From a virus, in IMG/VR virus record IMGVR_UViG_3300031565_005154: 64,000 nt of DNA. One strand, written 5' to 3'. Under the pieces are notes generated by a model, which made no database searches, was not told the DNA's origin, and saw only the letters and a program-made list of their open reading frames with translations. Positions 8,884-17,746 of the stretch are shown piece by piece; the stretch's first letter is position 1; every line of letters starts with the position of its first letter. Made by a program: the position numbers and the translations under genes.

Positions 8884-9280
8884 ATCTACAGCACATACCA
8901 ATCCGAAGGTTTTGGTTAGTGAATTGTGTGCTGTTGTAAAGTTTCTGCTAGACGAAATAGGGAGGGTGCGTACGCCCGTATTGGTGACCCTTGAAACTAC
9001 TGAGTTAGATTTGTCAGACGACAAACTGCCACCATGTGATCCATATGTATCACCCCCTATGATGCCGCCTGAACCGATACACAAGCCATCACTTCCGCCA
9101 TCAGAACTTGATATTCAAATGCCATCGGTAAAGAGACCGCCGACCATGGCTGGAAACGAGAATCCAGACCCACCGATTGGTAAACGACCAGTACCACCGC
9201 CACCGCCACCGCCGCTGCGACTACCCAATAATACTGGTCTACCAACATATACAGAACAAGAATTCGGAGAGATAGGATAG
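8840..9280 (+). CDS. Proline-rich hypothetical protein
   Basis: GGAG before ATG 8840; P7 run encoded by (CCACCG)3CCG. Confidence 0.6.
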   Translation: MNLDQAKAKLNSVSKSTAHTNPKVLVSELCAVVKFLLDEIGRVRTPVLVTLETTELDLSDDKLPPCDPYVSPPMMPPEPIHKPSLPPSELDIQMPSVKRPPTMAGNENPDPPIGKRPVPPPPPPPLRLPNNTGLPTYTEQEFGEIG

Positions 9281-11343
9281 TGTCTGAAATATCCGAACAT
9301 ACTGCCGAAGTAGTGGAAGTTGGTGAATTAATACCTCATCCAAATGCCGACAATCTGAGTATTGTTTTGATTGGCGATTTTCAATGCATAGTGAGAACAA
9401 ATGATTGGCAATGTGGTGATTTGGCCATTTATATCGAACCAGATAGTATAGTCCCAGAAACCAAGGAATTTGAATTTCTTGGAGAACACCGCAGGATTAA
9501 AGCCCGCAAACTTCGGGGAGAATGGTCTGTCGGCCTATTAATTCCTGCACCAGAAGGCGCCAAGGTCGGTGACGACTACATGAAGCAACTAGGGATTACT
9601 CATTACGATCCACCTGTCAAGGGCGACTTTAACACCGGTGGGGAAAATGTGAAACCACCGCGAATTAGTGAGCATTCAACCGCTGGTCTATTCACACCAG
9701 TATATGATGTGTTAAACTTTCGGAAGTATTCCGAACGTTTTCAAGCTGGTGAAGAAGTTATTGTTACTGAAAAGATACACGGATGTGTAAATTCTACGAC
9801 ACGTATTTCAATGCCCAATGGTCAAATATCTACAATAAAAGAATTGATTGACCAGAATTATAATGGAGAAATTTTAGGTTACGATTTTGATTTGAATAAA
9901 GTAGTGCCGACTAAAGTGAAACAAATTTACAAAAATGGTAAGGGAAATAAGTGGATAAGAATTAAATTTAATAGATACGGAGCCGGACGTGGGAATTATT
10001 TTGGATCATTAAAATGTACTGATAATCACAAAATTTTTAGTGTTAATCATAATTGTTTTATTGAAGCTCAATTTCTAAAAATTGATGATACAGTAAGATT
10101 AATCAGATCAGAATGGAATTTAACTCCTATTCAGGAACAAGTTTTAATGGGTAAAATGCTCGGAGACGGTAGTTATGGTCACAGTAATTCTGCTGGTTTT
10201 GTTTGTTTCAGCCACAAAAAAGATCACGAAGATTATTTGTTGTGGACTGAGCAAGCGTTGGGAGAAGTTTGTGGAAATAGACAAGCGGAATATGTTAGCG
10301 GATATGGTACCAACATGATTAGATCACGGAGTATATCCAATGTGTTTATAAAGGATTTATTTCGTGATTGGTTTGTGAATAATCGCAAAGAAGTTCCTGT
10401 GTCTATTACACCAAAACTAGGACCGATAGCATTGGCTTTTTGGTATATGGACGACGGTAGTCTTGTTCACAACGAAGGTCAAGAAGATCGAGCCGTATTT
10501 GCGACGAATGGGTTTTCAGAGGAAAGTATTGATAACCTTATATTGGCTTTGGCAAAATTCGATATTCATGCCATCAAGTACAGTAGTTCTGGATGGCGAT
10601 TGAGATTAAAGTCGGATGATGCGGAGAAACTTTTTCTAATTATTGCTCCTTATGTACCATTGGTTATGCAGTATAAATTACCAAAACGTTATCGTGGCCA
10701 CAATGGTTGGATACCATCTAAGGAAAATATATATAAATCAATATGTGTTGATCAGTCAGTTATTAGTATAGAACATATTAAAGAAAATAGACAAAAATAT
10801 GATTTAGAAACTGAAACGCACAATTATTTTGCCCACGGTATCCTGATTCATAATTGCAATTCACGCTTTGTTTGTGTAGATGATAAGATGTATTGTGGGT
10901 CTCGTAGATTCTGGAAACAGGAAGACCCGAATAATCTTTGGTGGAAAGCTTTGGCTAATTGTGGTGTTTTAGAAGCGTGGTGTCGGCATCATCAGGGACT
11001 ACCCGTATATGGAGAGGTTTTTGGGCAAGTTCAAAATTTGAAATACGGTGCTACAAAGGGTGAGATTTATTTTGCTGCTTTTGATATCTTAAAAGGTAAT
11101 CAATGGCTTGATTTTGACGAAGCGCATGATATTGGTGCTTCATTACCATGGGTGCCGCTAGTTTATCGTGGACCATTCTACAAAGACAAGATATTTGCGT
11201 TTGCCGAGGGGGGCTCGTTATATCCCTTTGCGCAAAACATCAGAGAGGGTGTTGTAATAAAACCAGTACACGAACGCACAGACCGCAAGATCGGACGTGT
11301 TCAACTTAAGATTGTCAGTAACCAGTATTTAAGTAAGAGCTAG
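9280..11343 (+). CDS. ATP-dependent RNA ligase (DRB0094/Rnl5-type, N-terminal OB domain) interrupted by an intein
   Basis: HPNADNL...GDLAIYIEPDS...IKARKLRGEWSVGLL; motif I TEKIHG; YGEVFG; FAAFDI; REGVVIK; LKIVS. Confidence 0.9.
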   Translation: MSEISEHTAEVVEVGELIPHPNADNLSIVLIGDFQCIVRTNDWQCGDLAIYIEPDSIVPETKEFEFLGEHRRIKARKLRGEWSVGLLIPAPEGAKVGDDYMKQLGITHYDPPVKGDFNTGGENVKPPRISEHSTAGLFTPVYDVLNFRKYSERFQAGEEVIVTEKIHGCVNSTTRISMPNGQISTIKELIDQNYNGEILGYDFDLNKVVPTKVKQIYKNGKGNKWIRIKFNRYGAGRGNYFGSLKCTDNHKIFSVNHNCFIEAQFLKIDDTVRLIRSEWNLTPIQEQVLMGKMLGDGSYGHSNSAGFVCFSHKKDHEDYLLWTEQALGEVCGNRQAEYVSGYGTNMIRSRSISNVFIKDLFRDWFVNNRKEVPVSITPKLGPIALAFWYMDDGSLVHNEGQEDRAVFATNGFSEESIDNLILALAKFDIHAIKYSSSGWRLRLKSDDAEKLFLIIAPYVPLVMQYKLPKRYRGHNGWIPSKENIYKSICVDQSVISIEHIKENRQKYDLETETHNYFAHGILIHNCNSRFVCVDDKMYCGSRRFWKQEDPNNLWWKALANCGVLEAWCRHHQGLPVYGEVFGQVQNLKYGATKGEIYFAAFDILKGNQWLDFDEAHDIGASLPWVPLVYRGPFYKDKIFAFAEGGSLYPFAQNIREGVVIKPVHERTDRKIGRVQLKIVSNQYLSKS
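9784..10854 (+). mobile_element. Intein (357 aa) with LAGLIDADG homing endonuclease in the RNA ligase
   Basis: KIHG|CVNSTT...ETHNYFAHGILIHN|C; LAGLIDADG-like MGKMLGDGS and AFWYMDDGS. Confidence 0.92.
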
Positions 11344-11354
11344 GTATTGGTAAT

Positions 11355-11480
11355 ATGAAGATTAAACCGCTATTTGCATGGTACGATTTGTGGATAGGGA
11401 TATATTGGGACCAAAAGAGTCGTGTATTATATATATTCCCGATACCAACATTGGGTATAAGTGTTTCATTCAGAAGGTAA
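11355..11480 (+). CDS. 41-aa small phage protein
   Basis: MKIKPLFAWYDLWIGIYWDQKSRVLYIFPIPTLGISVSFRR fills the intergenic gap. Confidence 0.55.
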   Translation: MKIKPLFAWYDLWIGIYWDQKSRVLYIFPIPTLGISVSFRR

Positions 11481-11498
11481 TTATGGGAGGAATGTTTG

Positions 11499-11774
11499 AT
11501 GCTAAAAAAAATAAGAGAAAAACTTGATCGAAGTAGACAAGCAATAGATAGTAAGCAGCATTCAGAATATGTTGAAGCCTATTTATCTGATGTTGTTCAA
11601 ATGATGATGAAGGGTCTTGAGCAGGGCACTATCCGACTAAAAGGTCCAGAAGATTTTACAGATGAAGAATGGCAAGAAATGGTTAGAACAGCCACAGAAA
11701 TGCGAATCGAACAAGAAGAAAAGCACAGGGAATGGTTGGAGCAATTAGAGAAAGATAAAAAATTAAAGGAATAG
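11499..11774 (+). CDS. Hypothetical charged helical protein
   Basis: GGAGG RBS 8 nt before ATG 11499. Confidence 0.6.
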   Translation: MLKKIREKLDRSRQAIDSKQHSEYVEAYLSDVVQMMMKGLEQGTIRLKGPEDFTDEEWQEMVRTATEMRIEQEEKHREWLEQLEKDKKLKE

Positions 11775-11776
11775 CA

Positions 11777-12274
11777 ATGCTTAAATTCACAACTGGAGAT
11801 ATGTTTGACGTTAATGCCAACATCCTGATTAACACAATAAACTGTGTGGGAGTAATGGGATGCGGAGTAGCTCTCGCGTTCAAGAAAAAATATCCAGGTA
11901 TGTTTCGAGAATATGCTGGTTTGTGTCGGTTACAGAAGATACAACCTGGAGTTCTTTGGAATTACCACACAACTGACGATAAGGTTATTGTTAATTTCCC
12001 AACCAAGTACCACTGGAGAAAGCAATCCGAATATTCTTACGTAGAACGTGGATTAGGAGAACTAAAATCTCTGTTAATGCTTCACGCTACTTTTACTGTG
12101 TCGGGTACGCCTATTGTTGCCATACCAGCACTGGGTTGTGGACACGGTGGGTTAGATTGGGATGTTGTTAAAGCCATGATTACTCAATATCTTGGTGATT
12201 TGGAAAATGTAGATATATATGTTTTTCAGCCACACGATTCTAGGCAAATAGGAGATAGAAATGCCGTACATTGA
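11777..12274 (+). CDS. Macrodomain ADP-ribosyl hydrolase (DarG/TARG1-like)
   Basis: GDMF...INTINCVGVMGCGVALAFKKKYP...NFPTK.HWR..S...IPALGCGHGGLDW. Confidence 0.88.
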   Translation: MLKFTTGDMFDVNANILINTINCVGVMGCGVALAFKKKYPGMFREYAGLCRLQKIQPGVLWNYHTTDDKVIVNFPTKYHWRKQSEYSYVERGLGELKSLLMLHATFTVSGTPIVAIPALGCGHGGLDWDVVKAMITQYLGDLENVDIYVFQPHDSRQIGDRNAVH

Positions 12275-12542
12275 AAAAAAGTTTCGTTCTGAATATGACG
12301 ATGAAATTGATCGTCTTGTTCCAAAATTGGACGGATGGGATAATGATGCGCTATCTGGTCATCTTAATTATGTCTTTTTCCGTATAGCTCGTATTTTGGG
12401 CGATGGTGAATCATATGCTAGGATGGCTGTTATTTCGTCCGCTCTATCTGAAGCTCAAGCAGAGTTTCGTAGAAGAGTAATGGCTCCATATGAGGATAAA
12501 AAAATCATCTCCAATGGAGATGTCATGAAGAAACCCGACTGA
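12261..12542 (+). CDS. Hypothetical phage protein (DUF6899-like)
   Basis: MPYI...GHLNY...EFRRRVMAPYED.KI..NGDV. Confidence 0.6.
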   Translation: MPYIEKKFRSEYDDEIDRLVPKLDGWDNDALSGHLNYVFFRIARILGDGESYARMAVISSALSEAQAEFRRRVMAPYEDKKIISNGDVMKKPD

Positions 12543-12735
12543 CAAAATAACCTATGTACCAACAAACATTACCGTTGGATCAATTTGGGCTGGTAGAGGA
12601 TTACGAGTACGAATCCTACACGTTGGTTTAAGTATTGTTGATGTACAACTACTAGGTATACCCAAGAAATACGGTGTTTATCGATGGCAAGCAGAAAGCC
12701 TGAGAGATATGGCACGAATTAATTAGGAGAAGTGA

Positions 12736-13035
12736 ATGTTAAAAGTAATGTGTGGAACGGATAATATTGAAATTAGATTCGATCACAGAATGCAGGAGCC
12801 TTATGAAATTGAGGGCCTAACCGGCGTGTGTGTTGAGGAAAGTCGGAGATGTTCTATTGCAACGGTTAATGTTAATGGCAGGTACGTCGGTGAAGGAATA
12901 GCTATTTGTCATCCATCAGACAATTTTTGTCGTACTATTGGTAGAAAGCGGGCTTTGGCAGATGCGATGTATGCGTTGACCAAAGATGCCAGAACGGCCG
13001 CGTGGAGTGCATACAAAGAAAGATGCAAAATTTAA
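12736..13035 (+). CDS. Hypothetical phage protein
   Basis: GGAG RBS; GIAICHPSDNF...GRKRAL motif. Confidence 0.6.
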   Translation: MLKVMCGTDNIEIRFDHRMQEPYEIEGLTGVCVEESRRCSIATVNVNGRYVGEGIAICHPSDNFCRTIGRKRALADAMYALTKDARTAAWSAYKERCKI

Positions 13036-13412
13036 TGCGAATCTTTATTCTTGAAGACAATCCAGATCGTATGATCAAGTTCAGACGAGAACTTATTGGG
13101 CACGAGGTAGATCATGCCGAAACTGTTGAGTCTGGAACTAACTTAGTGTATAATAATAGGTATGATCTTCTTTTTCTAGATCACGATCTTGGTGGTGAAA
13201 TAATGGTCGATTCCAGTGAACCCAATACGGGATACAAACTAGCTGAGTTTATCGCATCATTCACATCAAATAAAGAAACACCATGTGTTGTGCATTCGTG
13301 TAATCCTGGTGGTGCCGATAATATAGTTCGTGCGCTTCCTCACGCCGTCAAACTACCATTTCCGTCTTTGGATATTAAATCTGTTGTAAAGTGGGTAGAA
13401 CGAAAGGGATAG
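13035..13412 (+). CDS. Cyclic-phosphate-processing receiver (cREC)-like protein
   Basis: IFILEDN...YDLLFLDHDLGG...TGYKLAEFI...VVHSCNPGGA. Confidence 0.75.
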   Translation: MRIFILEDNPDRMIKFRRELIGHEVDHAETVESGTNLVYNNRYDLLFLDHDLGGEIMVDSSEPNTGYKLAEFIASFTSNKETPCVVHSCNPGGADNIVRALPHAVKLPFPSLDIKSVVKWVERKG

Positions 13413-13415
13413 TTT

Positions 13416-13634
13416 ATGAGTTCGAACAAAAAGAAACGAGAACATGTTAAAACTGACCCTCCGGATCAGACTATACTCGATTCTATAGGTAGTCCAAATG
13501 CATGGACACCCGAACGAGAAGATGCCTGGATAGGTGAGCTTGGTAAGATATCGGCAAGTGAAATATACGGGAGATTCCCTCCGATGAAAAAGCCGAGTAA
13601 TGTTAGTTTCAGAGGCAAAAATAATGGTGGATGA
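13416..13634 (+). CDS. Hypothetical protein
   Basis: 72-aa ORF packed in operon. Confidence 0.5.
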   Translation: MSSNKKKREHVKTDPPDQTILDSIGSPNAWTPEREDAWIGELGKISASEIYGRFPPMKKPSNVSFRGKNNGG

Positions 13635-13661
13635 AATTTGGAAAGATATGGGGGTTTTGAG

Positions 13662-13883
13662 ATGAAATCATGTCGTAAGATATCGTTGGCGATTTTTCTT
13701 ACAGCGTGTATGCTGTTGTGTAGTGGTTGTAATCTCTTGGAGGGGTTAGCGAGCGATGTTCAAGGGTGGGACATTTCGGCTTGCGTGGACGGGTTTGGGA
13801 CGTGTTTTGAGCTTTGGAAAGATAACGCAGACAAATTTGACGATGCCTTTTCGGATGCGCTGGGTACTATAACGGAGCGATAA
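13662..13883 (+). CDS. Small lipoprotein
   Basis: Basic N-terminus, hydrophobic core, lipobox LCSG-C (MKSCRKISLAIFLTACMLLCSGC). Confidence 0.6.
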   Translation: MKSCRKISLAIFLTACMLLCSGCNLLEGLASDVQGWDISACVDGFGTCFELWKDNADKFDDAFSDALGTITER

Positions 13884-14342
13884 ATGGATAGTGCAATCCC
13901 GAGGAAAGACTGCCCAGATTGTCATGGTACCGGTAAAATAGAACTTCTGGTATCTACCGTTATGTGTAACTGCGTTCGACCATCATTTCATAATGGCATG
14001 ACACCAGAAATGATCAAGGATATCGATCCAAATATATCCAGGCACGCATCGAAAGAACTCAATGATTATATCAATGAAACTCTCGATGTTGATATCAAAT
14101 GGGCCAATGATAGTTGTACGTGCTTTATATCACCACCATGTGGATTTTGTACTAGATATGCCGATGCCAATTTAGATGAACCAGAATATTGTAAAGCTTG
14201 TGGTGATCCATCTCCCACGGAACAGGATTTATTACACAAATGTTCCAAATGTGGTCAATTAGTTTGTGATTTATGTTTATCCACAGTTAGCGCTCCAGTT
14301 ATTGGTCCAATAGAATATCTTTGTCGTAATTGCGGAGAATAA
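13884..14342 (+). CDS. Cys-rich multi-zinc-finger protein
   Basis: CPDCHGTG, CKACG, CSKCG, CDLC, CRNC. Confidence 0.6.
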   Translation: MDSAIPRKDCPDCHGTGKIELLVSTVMCNCVRPSFHNGMTPEMIKDIDPNISRHASKELNDYINETLDVDIKWANDSCTCFISPPCGFCTRYADANLDEPEYCKACGDPSPTEQDLLHKCSKCGQLVCDLCLSTVSAPVIGPIEYLCRNCGE

Positions 14343-14343
14343 C

Positions 14344-14574
14344 ATGATACCACAAACAGGACAGATATACAGAAAACATGTTACCGCAGATACTACATGG
14401 CGATTAGAGCGTCGATTAATACTTGATGCCACGGATACTCAAGTATTTTATGAGGAATTATTTGAGGCACCAATTGGAACAACCGTAGAATATGACCCAA
14501 TTTCTCATCAAAAACAAATAGGGATCAAAGCCTGGAAACTCTGGGTTAGAACAGCAACGCTAGAAGGGGCCTAA
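14344..14574 (+). CDS. Hypothetical protein
   Basis: 76-aa ORF packed in operon. Confidence 0.55.
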   Translation: MIPQTGQIYRKHVTADTTWRLERRLILDATDTQVFYEELFEAPIGTTVEYDPISHQKQIGIKAWKLWVRTATLEGA

Positions 14575-14655
14575 TAATTCGTTTCGTGGCCGCTGCTGAC
14601 TTTTATTGTCTGGCTTGGGTCGTAAGACCCCCCCTAACTCCTAGGAGGTAATATC

Positions 14656-14892
14656 GTGACAGATTGGAAAAATGAACTTTCAGAAGCGATGGATCGAATT
14701 ACTAAGCGAGCGATGGAAGCTGCTACTGCTGTTATTCGCAAGGACGGCCCTACGAATACGCCATACTGCGTTTATTCTGAGAAGACTGGGCGTAAATTCG
14801 GGTGTTACAAGACTAAAGAAGGCGCTGAAAAAAGACTCAAGCAAATTGAGATGTTCAAGCATATTAAAGGTGAAGAAAATAATGGTGATTAG
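14656..14892 (+). CDS. Small basic protein, possibly nucleic-acid binding
   Basis: AGGAGG RBS, GTG start; YCVYSEKTGRKFGCYKTKEGAEKRLKQIEMFK. Confidence 0.65.
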   Translation: MTDWKNELSEAMDRITKRAMEAATAVIRKDGPTNTPYCVYSEKTGRKFGCYKTKEGAEKRLKQIEMFKHIKGEENNGD

Positions 14893-14896
14893 CTTG

Positions 14897-14950
14897 CCTG
14901 CCATGTGCAGGTGGAGTAACGGTGCCGTCATGTGGCGGCACTAGCTTTTT
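14897..14950 (+). terminator. Twin hairpins sharing CATGTG; the second is followed by a U-tract
   Basis: cctgc-catgt-gcagg (14897-14911) and gtgccgtc-atgt-ggcggcac (14922-14941) + agcttttt. Confidence 0.55.
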
Positions 14951-14959
14951 ATTTTTGTT

Positions 14960-14988
14960 GGAACAAATATGGTAGTTATAGGTACAAT
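14960..14988 (+). promoter_or_regulatory. Class E promoter GGAAC-N16-GGTACAAT
   Basis: GGAAC 14960-14964, GGTACAAT 14981-14988. Confidence 0.7.
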
Positions 14989-15041
14989 AATACTGTGCAA
15001 GGAACCACCCGGTCGAACTATATGCAGGGGGAATATACCCG

Positions 15042-15641
15042 ATGAAAACCACAGTTGTGAATATCCGGACACATAAATACGATGCGTATATTGGACGAGA
15101 AGGACATGGTCAAGATGGCTATTTTGGCAATCCTTTCAGTGTGTCTAGGGATGGTGGCCGTGATCGCGTAATTGCTTTGTATCGGGAATATTTCTATAAG
15201 CGATTACGAGTTGATCCAGAATTTGCAAGACGAATAAAAGAGTTGAAGGGCAAGAAACTCGGATGTTTCTGTGTTCCAAAACCGTGTCATGGTAATATTA
15301 TTGCTGATTATTTGAATATTGAACCAAAAGTTCAACCTTATGTCGATGCGTTATTCGCTAAGGGTTTTTATACTTTTTCGTCTTGCGATGGTGGTGATGG
15401 TCATTCATTCAAGAGAAGAACAATTAAGATTAATGTAGATCAGCCGACTATTGATGATCCATATGGATATAATATTGTTATTCGCGGAGAACGAAGATGC
15501 TATGAGAGATTTATAGATTTGTGTGATTTTGTTGAAGGACAGAAATGGACATACTGCAAAGCATTGTTGGTTAGAGAATATATAATAAATGATCAGGATA
15601 TGCCAGAAGCAAGTGTCCATTTTGAATTGGTATGGAATTAA
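15042..15641 (+). CDS. DUF4326-domain protein with C-terminal extension
   Basis: VVNIR..YDAYIGR...YFGNPF...LKGKKLGCFC.PKPCHG.IIA. Confidence 0.8.
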   Translation: MKTTVVNIRTHKYDAYIGREGHGQDGYFGNPFSVSRDGGRDRVIALYREYFYKRLRVDPEFARRIKELKGKKLGCFCVPKPCHGNIIADYLNIEPKVQPYVDALFAKGFYTFSSCDGGDGHSFKRRTIKINVDQPTIDDPYGYNIVIRGERRCYERFIDLCDFVEGQKWTYCKALLVREYIINDQDMPEASVHFELVWN

Positions 15642-15652
15642 CGAAGAGTGCC

Positions 15653-16003
15653 ATGAAAGTTGTTGTGTGCGGTTGTCGTAATTGGAAATGGTTCGAAATT
15701 ATTTATGAACGATTAGCTAAGTTACCTTCTAACGCGCTTATCATTGAGGGTGGGGCTAGTGGTGCCGATCGTCAGGCTCGTAACGCTGCATTAGAAATTG
15801 GTCTTGAAGTGGTTGAATTTCCGGCAGCATGGAAGAAATACGGTAAAGCAGCAGGACCAACAAGGAACATTAAGATGTTGGACACTAAGCCGTCCTTAGT
15901 AATCGCGTTCCACAATGATATTGAAAATTCTAAGGGAACGAAACATACGGTCGCGGAAGCTAGAAAACGTGGTATTGAAGTTGAAATAATTGGTTCTACA
16001 TAG
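15653..16003 (+). CDS. SLOG-family protein (YspA/DUF2493-like)
   Basis: MKVVVCGCRNW...IIEGGASGAD...AAGPTRNIKML...VIAFH...SKGTKHTV. Confidence 0.85.
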   Translation: MKVVVCGCRNWKWFEIIYERLAKLPSNALIIEGGASGADRQARNAALEIGLEVVEFPAAWKKYGKAAGPTRNIKMLDTKPSLVIAFHNDIENSKGTKHTVAEARKRGIEVEIIGST

Positions 16004-16015
16004 AACAGGGTGAAA

Positions 16016-16088
16016 CAGGGTGTAGCTCAATTGGTAGAGTGCGCGGTTTGGGGCCGCGATGTTGGGGGTTCGAGTCCCTTCACCCTGA
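16016..16088 (+). tRNA. tRNA-Pro(UGG), no encoded CCA
   Basis: CAGGGTG/CACCCTG acceptor (C1:G72, A73), CGCGG-TTTGGGG-CCGCG anticodon arm, GGGGG-TTCGAGT-CCCTT T arm. Confidence 0.93.
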
Positions 16089-16111
16089 ATTTTATTGGAG
16101 ACAACTGAAAC

Positions 16112-16306
16112 ATGAAAGAAGATATTGTTGTGCGAGAAGCATTGGTAACAGCATGGAATCATTTTGTGAAACTTGAACCGACTCATCCAGATGATATTGA
16201 TGATTTCCGCAGAGCTATACATGAATGTCAGCGTATTATGGGTATAAGACAATTGAGAAGGTGTGACCCGGAGCATTGGCCAATTATTGAACAACCAAAG
16301 GTGTGA
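16112..16306 (+). CDS. Hypothetical protein
   Basis: GGAG RBS; LE.THPDDIDDFRRAIHECQRI. Confidence 0.6.
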   Translation: MKEDIVVREALVTAWNHFVKLEPTHPDDIDDFRRAIHECQRIMGIRQLRRCDPEHWPIIEQPKV

Positions 16307-16307
16307 T

Positions 16308-16535
16308 ATGTTTGATGAATGGATCGAAACATTTCTGTGGTTTAAGCTGGGAATTGATGATCCTGATCCACTGGAATTTAAGGTTTTATCTCCACCGGAT
16401 TGTTCGGACGAAGAACGTAAGAAGTTATTAGAGAAGAATGCTAGTCAGATTGTTGGTATTATTCAAAAATTGACGGGTGAAAAATTGGTTATACAAGGAC
16501 AATATAGGTTAGTGCGAAAGGATATGATCTCATGA
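16308..16535 (+). CDS. Hypothetical protein
   Basis: ATG 16308 follows the upstream stop. Confidence 0.5.
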   Translation: MFDEWIETFLWFKLGIDDPDPLEFKVLSPPDCSDEERKKLLEKNASQIVGIIQKLTGEKLVIQGQYRLVRKDMIS

Positions 16536-16795
16536 CAGAATTTTTTGAATGCGAGTGTATGTCAAACGAACACACCCTTAGATTCAGCCTTGATGCTTTC
16601 GATACCGAGCTTTATGTATCTGTTTTCCTGAATCAACATCGCAGTTTCTTTGGTAAATTATGGACTGCTGTCAAATATATATATGGTTACAAATGTAAGG
16701 ACGGGCACTGGGATTGTACTATGTTGAAGGTCGAAGATGCCGATCGTCTTATTGCATTGCTTCAAAAATATAAAAGGTTGTCTAAGTGTCAATAA
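16532..16795 (+). CDS. Hypothetical phage protein
   Basis: ATGA overlap; FFECEC...H... Confidence 0.55.
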   Translation: MTEFFECECMSNEHTLRFSLDAFDTELYVSVFLNQHRSFFGKLWTAVKYIYGYKCKDGHWDCTMLKVEDADRLIALLQKYKRLSKCQ

Positions 16796-17238
16796 CTCCA
16801 CGAATAGTTCATAGGGCGATCATGGATTTAAGAAGAGATGGATTATATATAGACGACCTAGAGGGATTCTTGATACACCCCGATGATCTATGTTCGCTAT
16901 TGGACGAATCTGTAGATCGTGGCCTGGATTGGACATATAATCATTTAATCACAAATAATATGTCTGGAGAGGTTTTTGTCTGTGGTGTGAAAGTTGTCAC
17001 AAGCTTTCATGTAAGTCCTGGGACACTTTTTAGAGTTTTCAAAACAAACCCATCCACATGTAGTCCATACATTACGAAAACTAATCCTACGAGACAAATG
17101 TTGGACCTACAAGATAAAATACAAAACACCGTTATACCGATGCCAAATAACTTGCTCCTTCCGACTGTTGTTGATGAGAAAAAAGAAGAGACGAAGAAGA
17201 AACATAGCCAGACACGAAAGATAGAGTTGGATTGGTGA
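16786..17238 (+). CDS. Hypothetical protein
   Basis: 150-aa ORF in packed operon. Confidence 0.55.
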   Translation: MSITPRIVHRAIMDLRRDGLYIDDLEGFLIHPDDLCSLLDESVDRGLDWTYNHLITNNMSGEVFVCGVKVVTSFHVSPGTLFRVFKTNPSTCSPYITKTNPTRQMLDLQDKIQNTVIPMPNNLLLPTVVDEKKEETKKKHSQTRKIELDW

Positions 17239-17417
17239 TCCTTATGAGGAAGGCAAGGAAAGTTTGGGAAAATAACAGAGAGATTTCCAAGAAGCCACGA
17301 CTTGGTAAGCATTGGTGTGATAATTGTGATTGTTGTTTGGTGGGATCGGGAGAAAAATGTTCTGAATGTGGCAAAATACAGTTACCCAAAAGAAACAAAA
17401 AATACCATAAACCGTAA
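17232..17417 (+). CDS. Small zinc-ribbon protein
   Basis: WCDNCDC...CSECG. Confidence 0.5.
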   Translation: MVILMRKARKVWENNREISKKPRLGKHWCDNCDCCLVGSGEKCSECGKIQLPKRNKKYHKP

Positions 17418-17428
17418 GGGAATAGTGT

Positions 17429-17716
17429 ATGATTAAATTATGCTATAAATTGTTTTACTGGATCAGAAATTATCTAATGTGTAGATGCCATGATTGTCAA
17501 AGGCCATATAGCGACAATGGCTTTCAAGATTTATTGGTACAAAAATCGGTTTGGAAAATAATTAGTCCTACTGGGGGTGAAGGTGGTATGTTATGTCCAT
17601 CCTGTCTAGTACGTCGTATTGTGGATGCTGGATTGAAAGACGTGCCCGCTGTTTTTGTTAGTGGTCCATTGGTAATGATAAGTGAGCAAGAAATGAAGAA
17701 AATTTTGAATGATTGA
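17429..17716 (+). CDS. Small zinc-finger protein
   Basis: CHDC...LCPSC. Confidence 0.55.
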   Translation: MIKLCYKLFYWIRNYLMCRCHDCQRPYSDNGFQDLLVQKSVWKIISPTGGEGGMLCPSCLVRRIVDAGLKDVPAVFVSGPLVMISEQEMKKILND

Positions 17717-17746
17717 TAATCTTTAATAAGTGATGGAGATGTTAAT

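Noticed and set aside
12517-12725. Unannotated frame (ATG TCA TGA ... RNPTDKITYVPTNITVGSIWAGRG...) suggesting TGA readthrough
   Set aside because: TGA is used as a normal stop elsewhere, the RBS spacing is poor and no family is recognised; at most a small ORF with an unidentified start.
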